Source: Candidatus Methanomethylophilaceae archaeon
GTDB lineage: Archaea; Thermoplasmatota; Thermoplasmata; Methanomassiliicoccales; Methanomethylophilaceae
Assembly: GCA_050944155.1 (NCBI GenBank)
Contig: JBMNQN010000002.1
Span: 64,001-128,000 of the forward strand
Length of the DNA stretch: 64,000 bases
Direction: 5' to 3'
Shown piece by piece: positions 28,495 through 38,497 of this stretch; position 1 is the stretch's first letter; every line of letters begins with the position of its first letter. The position numbers were made by a program, and so were the translations under genes. The notes below the pieces were generated by a model, which saw only the letters and a program-made list of their open reading frames with translations, was not told the DNA's origin and ran no database searches.

Positions 28495-29222
28495 GTTTCG
28501 CAGTCTCCGTATCCGTTCTTTCTGATCATTGCAAGCAGTTCGGTGGGTCTTCCCGAACACCTTATGCGCCCTTTGTCCATGACGTAGGCTTTATCGGCTC
28601 CGATATAGTCGAGAACCTGTCCCGTGTGAGTAATTACCAAAGCGGAAATATTCTTCATCCCGTCAGATCCGCATTCGGCCCGATCGTAAAGCAGATCGTG
28701 GATTTTGTTTCCTATGAGATCGATGCTCTGCAAGTCCACGCCGGATTCCGGTTCGTCCAGCATAACAAAGTCGGGGCGCTGGGCGGTAAGCTGGAAAAGT
28801 TCCGATCTTTTTATCTCCCCTCCGGAGAAACCGACGTTCACGTCTCTCTCCAAAAAGGGTTCCATTTTGAATTCGTCGGCTCTTGCCATCACGTCTCCTG
28901 CGCATTCCTTGTCGGCCGAAGTTTTCACCAGTTCTCCGAGTTTCACTCCGGTGATGTTGGGGGGCCTCTGCATCATCATTCCGATACCGCGTTTGGCACG
29001 TTCGTCCACGGGCAGGTCCGTTATGTCCTCTCCCTTGAAAATTATGCTGCCTTTGGTAATTTTGCAGGTGCTGTAACCCATAATGGCGGAGAGCAGCGTG
29101 GATTTTCCCGAACCGTTGGGGCCGAAAAGAATGCAAATCTCCCCGTCTTCTATTTTCAGGTTCACGCCCTTCAGGATTTCCCTGTCTCCGGCGGTTGCGT
29201 GAAGATCTATGATTTCGAGCAT
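28464..29222 (-). CDS. sufC: SufC-type ABC ATPase (SmsC) with C-terminal CxxC
   Basis: GPNGSGKS, FSGGEIKR, LDEPESG, ITH, C-terminal CETC. Confidence 0.93.
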   Translation of the reverse strand: MLEIIDLHATAGDREILKGVNLKIEDGEICILFGPNGSGKSTLLSAIMGYSTCKITKGSIIFKGEDITDLPVDERAKRGIGMMMQRPPNITGVKLGELVKTSADKECAGDVMARADEFKMEPFLERDVNVGFSGGEIKRSELFQLTAQRPDFVMLDEPESGVDLQSIDLIGNKIHDLLYDRAECGSDGMKNISALVITHTGQVLDYIGADKAYVMDKGRIRCSGRPTELLAMIRKNGYGDCETCQNVIVTKL

Positions 29223-29388
29223 TATCTCACTTAAACGGCGATGTTAATCTATCGTTAAATACTTGTCTCCGAGGGTCCGGAACGGGTATGTTTCCGTTCC
29301 TCTGGGTTTCTTGTTCTCCGGACGGAGACGTACATTTTCGAAGCGGTTATGACAAAAGATTATAGCGCTTCAAACAATCATCCGGAAC

Positions 29389-29964
29389 ATGAAAGTCATC
29401 GCGCTCAACGGCAGCCCCCGTCTTCTGGGAAACACGTCCGGTATACTCATGGATATGCTGGACAGATTTTCCAAAGAAGGCTTGGAGACCGAGCACATTC
29501 AGCTTTATTCTTACAATTTCATCCCGTGCAACGACTGCAGGTCCTGCGAGATCAGAGGGGACGGACGCTGCATAATCGAGGACGACGGACTGAACGAACT
29601 GGTGGAAAAACTGAGATGCGCGGACGGGATAGTTTTCGCAAGCCCGGCTTACTACGGAGGAGTGACGGGACAGATGAAGATATTCATGGAACGCGCGGGA
29701 CTTTCCTTGGAGATGGGGGATCTGGGTCTTAAACACAAAGTCGGCGGTGCAATAGCGGTTGCCGCTCACGACGGCGCCTCCGCGGCCTATTCCCAAATGG
29801 TCAATTTCATGCTCCGCAATCAGATGATCGTGTGCGGTTCCGCCCCCCAGACGGTTTTCAGGGCGCTGAATTCCCCTCAGTTCGAAAACGATACCGCTGC
29901 AGTAAAGGCGGTATCCGTCCTGGCCGACGAAATGATGTATGCCATGGAACGTCTTTCGGAGTAA
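29389..29964 (+). CDS. Iron-sulfur flavoprotein (Isf) / flavodoxin family
   Basis: GSPR..GNT, CNDCRSC...C, ASPAY. Confidence 0.9.
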   Translation: MKVIALNGSPRLLGNTSGILMDMLDRFSKEGLETEHIQLYSYNFIPCNDCRSCEIRGDGRCIIEDDGLNELVEKLRCADGIVFASPAYYGGVTGQMKIFMERAGLSLEMGDLGLKHKVGGAIAVAAHDGASAAYSQMVNFMLRNQMIVCGSAPQTVFRALNSPQFENDTAAVKAVSVLADEMMYAMERLSE

Positions 29965-30702
29965 TCAGAAGAAGAAAAAGCCGCACCCTTCGCTTTTAGA
30001 GATTTCCGCGACGCATTCCATGCGGTCGAGAGTTCCGCTGTACCAGTTGACCTTCTGTTTTCCTTCCTTGGGAAGAGCTTCTCTCAGAATCGCTATTTCC
30101 TTCAGCAGGGATTCCGCGTCTTCGGGAGTAAGTTCTTTTTTTGAGGCTGCCATTTCCGGAACAGAAGCCACGATGGGGCATCCGTATTTGTCCGCGATTC
30201 CGGGAAGCTGGCTCTTATCGGGGCCGAAGGTTCCTATGCATCCTCTTCCCTTATCCCAGGAAAGTGCGCATTCGGCGCATATTTCGGCCATTTCGTCAAA
30301 CGTAACCAATTCCCATTCCGTGGTGCGGTTTTCGGGTCTGGATTCGGCCAGAGCCTTTTCCGCATCGTCGGAATCAAGAAGACCCAGTTCCACCCATCCG
30401 GTATAACTGGATTCGGCCAGGGGTTTCAGTTTCGCGATGTCGTTTTCGTCGGTCAGCAGTTCGGTGTGTACGGTTTCTGTATCTTTACCGAGTCTGTTTC
30501 TTTTAAGGAAGGATCCCCAGTCGTCCACAACTTTTTCCGCGGATTCTTTTGACACGGTGTGCTGTATTTCCGCAGCTTCCCCGTATTTTTCCGGATTATC
30601 GGTAAGCACCCTCACGATTTTCAGTTTCTTTTCTCTGCAGAGTGCGTTTCTGCATTCGGTTTCCCTGATTGCGATATTGATTCCCATTGTTTTTTCTCTC
30701 AC
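29965..30702 (-). CDS. Cys-rich hypothetical protein
   Basis: 245 aa; CxxC...GC...GCP...C pattern; translationally coupled to the upstream gene. Confidence 0.8.
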   Translation of the reverse strand: MREKTMGINIAIRETECRNALCREKKLKIVRVLTDNPEKYGEAAEIQHTVSKESAEKVVDDWGSFLKRNRLGKDTETVHTELLTDENDIAKLKPLAESSYTGWVELGLLDSDDAEKALAESRPENRTTEWELVTFDEMAEICAECALSWDKGRGCIGTFGPDKSQLPGIADKYGCPIVASVPEMAASKKELTPEDAESLLKEIAILREALPKEGKQKVNWYSGTLDRMECVAEISKSEGCGFFFF

Positions 30703-31235
30703 CCGTCAAGAGACTCGAGGTATTTTTCTCTGTTGCTCTTGTAAGTGACGGGGACGAGCATCATTTTCAGGGCTATCAGTACGGCGAGAATGTAGAATAT
30801 TCCAATCATGTCTATGGAAACGGTTACCGAATCCACGGACAGATCTCCTCCGCTTCCGAAACCGGATGTGTCCATGCTTACGGGGACCACGCCCGTCCGG
30901 AATATGAGCAGCATCCAAATCAGCGAGTAAGCCAGAGCCACGAAGCTTGCGGCGGCTCTGGCTTTGTTGCCTTTTGCGTAAAAAGCGGTGAAGAACGAGA
31001 TTATGATGACGGGTATGCCGTAAATCATGTATCTTTCCACGGTTTCCTTCAGCGTTTCGATGGTGGGAGCCATTTCGTCCCCCATGCCCATGGTATCCAG
31101 CATGTTTCCCATTATGTACAGCACAATCAGAGGCACGACCACGATGGAAACGAAGCTCATGAACGAAGACGTGGCACCCCTCAGGAACGAACCGTGTCCC
31201 GCATCCTGTCCGAACGTTGTGTTTTCGGTCATCAC
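30699..31235 (-). CDS. Four-TM membrane protein
   Basis: 178 aa with about four hydrophobic segments. Confidence 0.8.
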   Translation of the reverse strand: MMTENTTFGQDAGHGSFLRGATSSFMSFVSIVVVPLIVLYIMGNMLDTMGMGDEMAPTIETLKETVERYMIYGIPVIIISFFTAFYAKGNKARAAASFVALAYSLIWMLLIFRTGVVPVSMDTSGFGSGGDLSVDSVTVSIDMIGIFYILAVLIALKMMLVPVTYKSNREKYLESLDG

Positions 31236-32269
31236 GGCACCTCCGGTTTGTAAGTTTCCATAATATTCGAGACGGCTTCTATCATAAGGTCCATCTCTTC
31301 CTGGGTAAGAATTACGGTTTCTTCTCCCTCGCCGATATCGTAAGTTATGGTGTAATCTCCGCCTTCATAATATTCGTTCAGAGCGTCGATTATTTTGTCC
31401 GTTCCGCCGTCAACCACTGCGGAGAATCCTGATCCGGTGTTTTCCACACTGATGCTGACTCCGCCTATTTTGGCATTGACGTCGGTTCCGACGGGAATCA
31501 TGGCAACCACCGGTCCGGCCGCTTCTATCTTATTTTCGGTGACGCTTATGGTTGGGGCTCCCGACGGGGCGTAAGAGGCGGCCACGGTTATGTCGGCGCC
31601 GGCTATTCCCTTCATGTATTTCCCGGCCACGTTGATGTCCATGTTGATTTTCATGGTGTCCTTTTCGCCTGCCAGCATGATCATGGCGTTGTTCAGGTAA
31701 TTGATTTCTATATCGATTCCCGCGGAGCGGGTCTCTTCGGGTTCGACGGTGAACACGGGAGTTTCCGCAATGAGATACTTTATCGTCCCGTCCTTGGAGA
31801 CCTGGTTTACGCTGACGGAAATATCCTGAAGACTGTAGCGCAGATAGTTGGTCAGCGTGACTTCCGTGTACATTTTCATTCTGACGCCGGCTTTTTCCAC
31901 GAGAACCATGCTCTGTTTCAGAACCTCTCCGGCGGAATCCTTCAGAACGGCGGTTTTCCCCATATGTTCCGTCTGCAGTTCAGTCACCGCGGCGGAAACG
32001 CTGGCGGAATTTCCCTGATTCACGGTGATTACGTAACTGTCGTCCACGTACACCTTTGCGTCGGTTCCGTTGGAATTGACCGCGTCGGAAAAGTTGTACT
32101 TCATGACTTCCGTGTCGGGAGTCACTTCGTAGACGCATTCCACTCCCAGTTCTCCTTCCACGGGCATCCCGTCCGTTTTGGTGGGGACCACGCCCAAAAT
32201 AATAAACGCGGCAAGTGCCACGACTACGAGGGCATATATGCCGTGAGCAACAACGCTGTAGGCTTTCAC
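31232..32269 (-). CDS. Membrane-anchored beta-rich exported protein
   Basis: N-terminal TM helix followed by a beta-strand-rich acidic body. Confidence 0.8.
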   Translation of the reverse strand: MKAYSVVAHGIYALVVVALAAFIILGVVPTKTDGMPVEGELGVECVYEVTPDTEVMKYNFSDAVNSNGTDAKVYVDDSYVITVNQGNSASVSAAVTELQTEHMGKTAVLKDSAGEVLKQSMVLVEKAGVRMKMYTEVTLTNYLRYSLQDISVSVNQVSKDGTIKYLIAETPVFTVEPEETRSAGIDIEINYLNNAMIMLAGEKDTMKINMDINVAGKYMKGIAGADITVAASYAPSGAPTISVTENKIEAAGPVVAMIPVGTDVNAKIGGVSISVENTGSGFSAVVDGGTDKIIDALNEYYEGGDYTITYDIGEGEETVILTQEEMDLMIEAVSNIMETYKPEVP

Positions 32270-32400
32270 GTTACTGTATCGTATGCTATCTTTAAAGTAA
32301 CCTGTGTTTTCTGCCGTTCCGGAACCGGATTACCACATTTGCTTTCTTGTTCGGGACGTATGGGAAAAAATGATAATAGAAACAGCCATGGGGTATCAGA

Positions 32401-32892
32401 ATGGCAGACATCCGTATCAGAAAGAGAAAAAGGATGAGGGAAAAAGACGCAAAAGCGATGTCGCTCGAATTATCTGAAGCGACGGGTGTACCCGTATTTT
32501 CGGAAAACGAACACGTGGACACCGCCGAAAGCACCGATTACGGACTGATATTCGCCGGCGGGGACATCGTCGGTATGATTTACGAGGAAAAACCGTTTCT
32601 GACCATACGGGGGATTCTGAAATATAAACCGGTCAAACGTTTCGTAACGGTGGACATGGGGGCGGTGCCGTTCATATCCAACGGAGCCGACGCCATGGGT
32701 CCCGGAATCACCGACGCTGACCCGGAAATCAAAGAAGGCGACATGGTGTGGATCCGCGATATCAAAAACGGAGCTCCCCTTGCGGTCGGCGTGGCTCTGC
32801 GTCCCGCAGACAGACTTATGGCGAAAGAATCCGGGAAAGCCGTAAAGACCGTGCATTACATAGGCGACAGACTCTGGAAAACCGGGGAGTGA
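32401..32892 (+). CDS. PUA-domain RNA-binding protein (MCT-1/Tma20-like)
   Basis: VDMGAVPFI.NGAD.M.PGI, H..GD.LW. Confidence 0.92.
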   Translation: MADIRIRKRKRMREKDAKAMSLELSEATGVPVFSENEHVDTAESTDYGLIFAGGDIVGMIYEEKPFLTIRGILKYKPVKRFVTVDMGAVPFISNGADAMGPGITDADPEIKEGDMVWIRDIKNGAPLAVGVALRPADRLMAKESGKAVKTVHYIGDRLWKTGE

Positions 32893-32895
32893 CAC

Positions 32896-33243
32896 ATGCT
32901 GGGATTCGGACGCGGCAAGCAATCCGAAGAAAGATATTTCGTGGATTTGGACAACGGTTCCTCGGGGGCGTTCGATTACGACGTTAAGATTACCGCGGTG
33001 GAGATGAGAGGCTACGGCGACGTAGTTGCCGTTTCTGATATGGTACGCCGCGGAGAAATGCTGGTTGTCGATCTGTCCAATTTTGCCGACGTGGAATCCA
33101 AACGCAGGGACGCAATCAAAGAACTCCGCGATCTTTCGGCGGAAACCGGAGGTTCGTTTTCGGAGATGTCCGGAAGAACGGTCATAATCGTTCCGCCCGG
33201 CGTCGGATTGGAGAAAGTCCGCATAACCCGCAGGAACAGATGA
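32896..33243 (+). CDS. sepF: Cell division protein SepF
   Basis: Y.DL N-terminal segment, G.mlvvD, L......GG, IIVPPGV. Confidence 0.72.
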   Translation: MLGFGRGKQSEERYFVDLDNGSSGAFDYDVKITAVEMRGYGDVVAVSDMVRRGEMLVVDLSNFADVESKRRDAIKELRDLSAETGGSFSEMSGRTVIIVPPGVGLEKVRITRRNR

Positions 33244-33244
33244 T

Positions 33245-34549
33245 ATGCCCGCAAAAACAGTTCACGACCCGCTTCACGGAAGCATAAAACTCGACGGATT
33301 ATTTTTGGAACTGGCGGACAGGCATGAAATGCAGAGGCTGCGCTACGTCAGGCAGTTGGGTTTCGGAAATTACGTGTTTCCGGGAGCCAACCACACAAGA
33401 TTCGAACATTCCCTCGGAGTCTACCACCTTTCCGGAAAGATGGCGGACGCGCTTTCCCTTTCGAAAGAAGAATCCGATACGGTACGTGCTGCCGGAATGC
33501 TGCACGACATATGCCACGCGCCGTTCTCCCACACCCTGGACGACGTAATAGAATCCCGTCTGGGGACGGACCACATGGAATTGGCAAGGATGCTCATCGA
33601 AGGCAGAATAAAGACCTACCAGGACAAGGACGAAGAGATTCTCGCAGGTACCGGGCCCATTTCGGAAATACTCGAAAAGAACGGAATATCCGCGGAAAAA
33701 GTATGCGATCTCATCGCGTTCCCGGAAGCTCCCCGTCCGGATCTGAATTCTTTTTCCAGGGATTCCGGGCAGTCATTTTTCACCTCCGGCGATTACCTGC
33801 ATCAGATAATCCACGGTCCGGTGGATTCGGATCAGATGGATTATCTTCTCAGAGACGCCCATTACACCGGAGTCACCCACGGTCTGATTGACGTGGAAAG
33901 ACTTCTTTCGACGATAAGGGTGTTCAACGACAGGCTTGTGGTGGAAAAGGGAGGGATGACGGCCGCCGAAGGCCTCATGGTCTCCAGATCTCTGATGTAC
34001 ACATCGGTGTACTATCACGAGACGGTCCGCGTGGCGGAGATGATGATGCTGAAAGCCCTGGAAGCTTCGAATCTGGATATCGGTGACATACATCTCTGGA
34101 CGGATTACGAACTGACGCTTATGATGGAAAATCAGGGAAAGCGTTCCGCACGCATAGTGCGCAGCATTATGAACCGCAGACTCTACAAAAAGGCATTTAC
34201 CGGATATACGGCTGATATGAGCGAAGACGAAATCCACAATCTGGCACAATATACTTCATACGAATCCAGAAAAAAACTGGAGCAGGAAATCGCCGACATT
34301 GCCGATGTCGATATCAGCGAAGTCGCGGTAGATATTCCGTCGGAATCCGCCCTGTTTTCGAAAATAAGCATAGGAAAAACCGACGTTTCGATTCTGGACG
34401 GAGAGAGGGTGAGAAGCATAACCAAACTTTCGTCGATTTCCAAATCACTTCAGGCAAGGGATGTTTTCAGATGGGCGGTGCTCGTATCATGCCCGGCGGA
34501 TAAATTCGAAGCGGTGGCGAAAGCCGCGGAAAGCGTACTCAGCCTTTGA
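33245..34549 (+). CDS. HD-domain dNTP triphosphohydrolase-like protein (SAMHD1/YdhJ type)
   Basis: DPLHG, QRLR..RQLG, HTRFEHSLG, LHDICH.PFSH, DSDQMDYL.RD. Confidence 0.92.
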   Translation: MPAKTVHDPLHGSIKLDGLFLELADRHEMQRLRYVRQLGFGNYVFPGANHTRFEHSLGVYHLSGKMADALSLSKEESDTVRAAGMLHDICHAPFSHTLDDVIESRLGTDHMELARMLIEGRIKTYQDKDEEILAGTGPISEILEKNGISAEKVCDLIAFPEAPRPDLNSFSRDSGQSFFTSGDYLHQIIHGPVDSDQMDYLLRDAHYTGVTHGLIDVERLLSTIRVFNDRLVVEKGGMTAAEGLMVSRSLMYTSVYYHETVRVAEMMMLKALEASNLDIGDIHLWTDYELTLMMENQGKRSARIVRSIMNRRLYKKAFTGYTADMSEDEIHNLAQYTSYESRKKLEQEIADIADVDISEVAVDIPSESALFSKISIGKTDVSILDGERVRSITKLSSISKSLQARDVFRWAVLVSCPADKFEAVAKAAESVLSL

Positions 34550-35990
34550 CCACGCCTATGGGCGTAAGTTTGGCGACAACGGAAGAAATTCCCGCTCCGT
34601 TTACCACTTCGATTACGTCGTCTATGTCTTTGTACGCGTCGGGAGCTTCTTCCGTAAGTCCCTCGTCGGAACCGCTCATCAGAACTATTCCTTTGGAAGC
34701 CATGGATTTTCTGATCCCGGGAGCGGTGAATCCGGCGGAAGCGGATTTTCTGGACATTTTCCTTCCCGCGCCGTGGCAGGTGGACCCGAAGGTTTCTTCC
34801 ATTGCGCCTTTGCGCCCCAGAAGAACGTAGGTTCCGGTGCTCATGTCTCCGGGAATTATCACCGGCTGTCCGGTATCTCTGTACTTAAGGGGAATTTCGG
34901 TTCTTCCTGCCGCGAATGCGCGGGTGGCGCCCTTGCGGTGCACAAGAACTTCCGTTTTCTTCCCTTCCACGGTGTGGGTTTCTTTCTTGGCGATATTGTG
35001 CGCAACGTCGTAAACGAGATGCATATCCATCTCTTCGGCGGACCTTTTCAGAACCTTTTCGAAAGATTCCCTTATCCAATGCATAATCATCTGCCTGTTG
35101 GCCCATGCGTAATTCGCGCCGCAGCACATCGATTTGTAGTAATCCTCTCCCTCTTTAGATTTCAGGGGAGCGCATGCAAGCTGTCTGTCCGGCAGTTTTA
35201 TCCTGTTATCGTGAACGTAACGCTCCATAATCTGAACGTAATCGGTGGCTATCTGATGGCCGCACCCCCTGGAACCGCAGTGAACCGTTATCGTAACCGT
35301 TCCTTCTTCCAGACCGAAGGCCTTTGCTGCTTCCCGGTCGGCGATTCTTTCGACGGTGTCTATTTCGAGAAAATGGTTCCCGGAGCCCAGGGAACCGAGC
35401 TGGGGAAGTCCTCTTTTCTTTGCGCGGGTGCTCACCAGGGACGGGTCCGCGTTTTTCATGCATCCGTTTTCTTCGGTTGTATCCAGGTCGCATTCCCATC
35501 CGTAGCCGTTTTCCACGGCCCATTCGGAGCCGTATGCCAGAACATCGTCCAAATCCTTGGCTCCAAGTTTCGTAAGACCCTTGGAACCGAGTCCCGAAGG
35601 AACGTTGGAATACAGCTCCTTCATGAGTTCTTTCATGCTGTCGCCGATATCTTCGGGAGTAAGATTCGTTTTTATGAGCCGCACTCCGCAGTTGATGTCG
35701 AAACCGATTCCTCCCGGAGAGATGCTTCCCTCGTCGGCATCCACGGCGGCCACTCCCCCTATGGGAAAACCGTAGCCCCAATGTATGTCGGGCATGGCAA
35801 GGGAATTTCCGACGATTCCGGGAATACACGCGACGTTGGCCGCCTGAAGGGGCGCGCTGTCGGAACGTATCTGGGGAATCATTTTTTCGCTGGCATAGAC
35901 GACGGCGTCGGTGCGCATGCACGGCACTTCCCCTCTGGGTATACGCCATCTGTACCCGTCGATTTTTTCAAGATTTCCGTTCCAGCCCAT
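34539..35990 (-). CDS. rtcB: RNA ligase RtcB
   Basis: MPDIHWGYGFPIG, DINCG, GSGNHF, HNIAK, HRKGATR, HGAGR; start at ATG 35990 downstream of tRNA-His. Confidence 0.96.
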   Translation of the reverse strand: MGWNGNLEKIDGYRWRIPRGEVPCMRTDAVVYASEKMIPQIRSDSAPLQAANVACIPGIVGNSLAMPDIHWGYGFPIGGVAAVDADEGSISPGGIGFDINCGVRLIKTNLTPEDIGDSMKELMKELYSNVPSGLGSKGLTKLGAKDLDDVLAYGSEWAVENGYGWECDLDTTEENGCMKNADPSLVSTRAKKRGLPQLGSLGSGNHFLEIDTVERIADREAAKAFGLEEGTVTITVHCGSRGCGHQIATDYVQIMERYVHDNRIKLPDRQLACAPLKSKEGEDYYKSMCCGANYAWANRQMIMHWIRESFEKVLKRSAEEMDMHLVYDVAHNIAKKETHTVEGKKTEVLVHRKGATRAFAAGRTEIPLKYRDTGQPVIIPGDMSTGTYVLLGRKGAMEETFGSTCHGAGRKMSRKSASAGFTAPGIRKSMASKGIVLMSGSDEGLTEEAPDAYKDIDDVIEVVNGAGISSVVAKLTPIGVVKG

Positions 35991-36016
35991 TTCGACCGCC
36001 GTTTCGAGAAGACAGG

Positions 36017-36091
36017 GGCCGGGACCGAGATTTGAACCCGAGTCGGGGGATCCACAGTCCCCCAGGATAACCAAGCTACCCTATCCCGGCC
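36017..36091 (-). tRNA. tRNA-His (GTG), G-1 genomically encoded
   Basis: G-GCCGGGA...TCCCGGC-C acceptor, GGGGA-CTGTGGA-TCCCC anticodon arm, GGTTCAAAT T-loop. Confidence 0.95.
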
Positions 36092-36180
36092 ATGCTGTGG
36101 ACTGCCGATAAGCTCGATGTAAATAAATATTCTCTTGTTTCGGCGTTATGTTTATTTAACGCTCTCGGGATAAGTCGGTC

Positions 36181-37095
36181 ATGGCAAAAAGAAATCTGAT
36201 ATCCGTAATCGACATGAAGGACGAGTGGCCCGAACTCGTGGATCTGGCAATCCGCATGAAGGCCGAACGCGGAAGACACGGAGCCCCCCTGGCCAACAAA
36301 TCCCTTGCTATGATTTTCGAAAAGCCCAGTACCAGAACCCGCATATCTTTCGATGTGGCAATGACCGAACTGGGCGGAAACGCCCTGTACATCGACGAAT
36401 CCAACCTTCAGATGGATCACGGCGAAACCGTCGAAGACACGGCAAAAGTGATGAGCCGTTTCGTACACGGAATCATGTACCGCGCCAAAGACTACAAAAT
36501 CATGGATAAATTCGGAGAGTACGCAACCGTCCCGGTCATAAGCGGACTGGACAATCTGGAACATCCCTGTCAGGCTCTCGCCGATATGGTTACAATCAAA
36601 GAAAAACTCGGAGAATTCCGCGGAAAGAAACTTGTGTACATGGGAGACGGAAACAATGTGTGCAACTCTCTTCTCTACGCCTCGGCGATAATGGGTCTCG
36701 ATATGGTTGCATGCTGTCCCGCCGTAAGGATGCCCAACGCGGAAATCATGCTGAAAGCTTCCCGTATCGCGGACGCGAACGGATGCAACATCTCCGCAAC
36801 CTATGACCCCAAAGTGGCGTGCGTGGACGCAGACATACTTTACACGGACACCTGGATTTCCATGGGCGATACCACTCCGGTCAGCGAAGCCGTGAGGATT
36901 TTCCAGATGTATCAGATCAACAACGACATCCTGGCCATGGCCAAACCGGACTGCATAGTCATGCACTGTCTGCCCGCTTATAGGGGACAGGAAATAACGG
37001 CGGAAGTCATCGACGGTCCGCACAGCGTCGTGTTCGATCAGGCGGAGAACCGTCTGCACGCCCAGAAAGCGGTACTGTACACGCTGCTCAAATGA
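36181..37095 (+). CDS. argF: Ornithine carbamoyltransferase
   Basis: STRTR, HPCQ, GDGNNV, SMG, HCLP, AENR. Confidence 0.96.
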   Translation: MAKRNLISVIDMKDEWPELVDLAIRMKAERGRHGAPLANKSLAMIFEKPSTRTRISFDVAMTELGGNALYIDESNLQMDHGETVEDTAKVMSRFVHGIMYRAKDYKIMDKFGEYATVPVISGLDNLEHPCQALADMVTIKEKLGEFRGKKLVYMGDGNNVCNSLLYASAIMGLDMVACCPAVRMPNAEIMLKASRIADANGCNISATYDPKVACVDADILYTDTWISMGDTTPVSEAVRIFQMYQINNDILAMAKPDCIVMHCLPAYRGQEITAEVIDGPHSVVFDQAENRLHAQKAVLYTLLK

Positions 37096-38497
37096 CCTGA
37101 CAGGAAATCAGGTCTTCCGCGGCTTCGAGGAATTCTTCCTTCTTGTCCGGCGGAATCGTAGCGCCGGCGGCAATGCTGTGGCCGCCTCCGAACCCTCCCA
37201 CGTGTTCGGCGGCGGTTTTCATAACGAAAGACAGGTTCAGACCCCTGTCCATTAACGAATGGTCGGCCCTTGCGGAAACCTTTATGCCGTCTTCCGCGTC
37301 GGCGAAGGCGATTATCGGCAGTTCCCGTTTGCAGATTCCGGAATTTAAAACCATTCCGGCGACTATTCCCACTACCGTTTCCTTTATTTCGTCTCCCGCG
37401 TCGAAATACTGAAGGAATCTGCGTTCGCGGATTAGACGGTTTTCTTTGATGTAATTTATCGCTCCGGAGATGTTGCGTCTGTGTTCGGTGCGGTTTGCTT
37501 CCGCATCCGCCAGAGCGGACACGTCTCCTTTGCATATGCGCATTCCGGTTTCCGCGTCGTCGTAGCGTCCGCACGAATTCAGCAGAGTGGCATATTCTTT
37601 CGCGTCCCTCAGACCCGTGCCTTTTTCGAACTTCGGGAGGGTGTAAACCTCTCCTATAAGCATATGCTCTTTGTCACTGCCGACCAGCTCCACGAGTTTC
37701 TCCGTGACTCTGGATTTTTCTTTCGGTCCGAGGTCGTTCCAAGACTTCGTTCTGCCCCCGTCGTTAAGGCTTATTCCCAGTTCGGAATAGAATCTGGCAC
37801 ATGCCGGACCGGAGTTCGTCAATCCGGGCAGTTCGGGTTCGTTGGAGTATTGCAGGTACTGTATCAGGCTTCTCGTTTCCCTGCCGAAAAGCCTCAGGTC
37901 TTTCTCGGCGATTACGTCCCCTTCTTTTACGGCGTCTTCTAGAATCGAACGGTTCATTCCGGTGAGTCCGTATTCGACGCTGTCCTGAAAATCTCCCACG
38001 GCTCCGATAACAGCCAGATATGCCAGGTCCGTGTTTTCGGGATTAAGTTTTTTCGCTACTTCGTAGGTAACTCCGGCGCCGCTGATTTCCCTGGATCCGT
38101 CCATTCCGAAGAGATGGGGATTCACATGGTAAACCGCCACGAAATCTTCGAGAACGGTCTGTCTGCGCTTCTTTCTGGAATCCGGGACGTGATGATCCGT
38201 TATGACCAGTCCGTTTTTGCTGAATTCGGACGCGTATCCGCTCCCCAGGTCGCATATCCAGACCAAGTCCTTGCATGTGTTTACGCCGCTGACAACTTCT
38301 TCGGTTATTTTTTTCTCGAAAACGACTTCGTGCGCTATGCCCAATCTGTCAAGTGCCAGTGATGCTATGGACCCGGCGGAAATGCCGTCCGCGTCTATGT
38401 GGGTTATCACTTTGACGTAGTCTGCCCCGCGTATTGCGTCCGCGGCTCTTTCGGCCGCTTTGCGGAATCCGGAAACGTTACCAGACGAATCCCGCAT
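37088..38497 (-). CDS. RecJ-like DHH/DHHA1 phosphoesterase
   Basis: HIDADG, DLG, DHH, GGGH..AAG. Confidence 0.92.
   Translation of the reverse strand: MRDSSGNVSGFRKAAERAADAIRGADYVKVITHIDADGISAGSIASLALDRLGIAHEVVFEKKITEEVVSGVNTCKDLVWICDLGSGYASEFSKNGLVITDHHVPDSRKKRRQTVLEDFVAVYHVNPHLFGMDGSREISGAGVTYEVAKKLNPENTDLAYLAVIGAVGDFQDSVEYGLTGMNRSILEDAVKEGDVIAEKDLRLFGRETRSLIQYLQYSNEPELPGLTNSGPACARFYSELGISLNDGGRTKSWNDLGPKEKSRVTEKLVELVGSDKEHMLIGEVYTLPKFEKGTGLRDAKEYATLLNSCGRYDDAETGMRICKGDVSALADAEANRTEHRRNISGAINYIKENRLIRERRFLQYFDAGDEIKETVVGIVAGMVLNSGICKRELPIIAFADAEDGIKVSARADHSLMDRGLNLSFVMKTAAEHVGGFGGGHSIAAGATIPPDKKEEFLEAAEDLISCQVI

Noticed and set aside
35991-36074. N-terminal extension of the rtcB ORF in the ORF track
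   Set aside because: It overlaps tRNA-His; the true start is more likely ATG 35990
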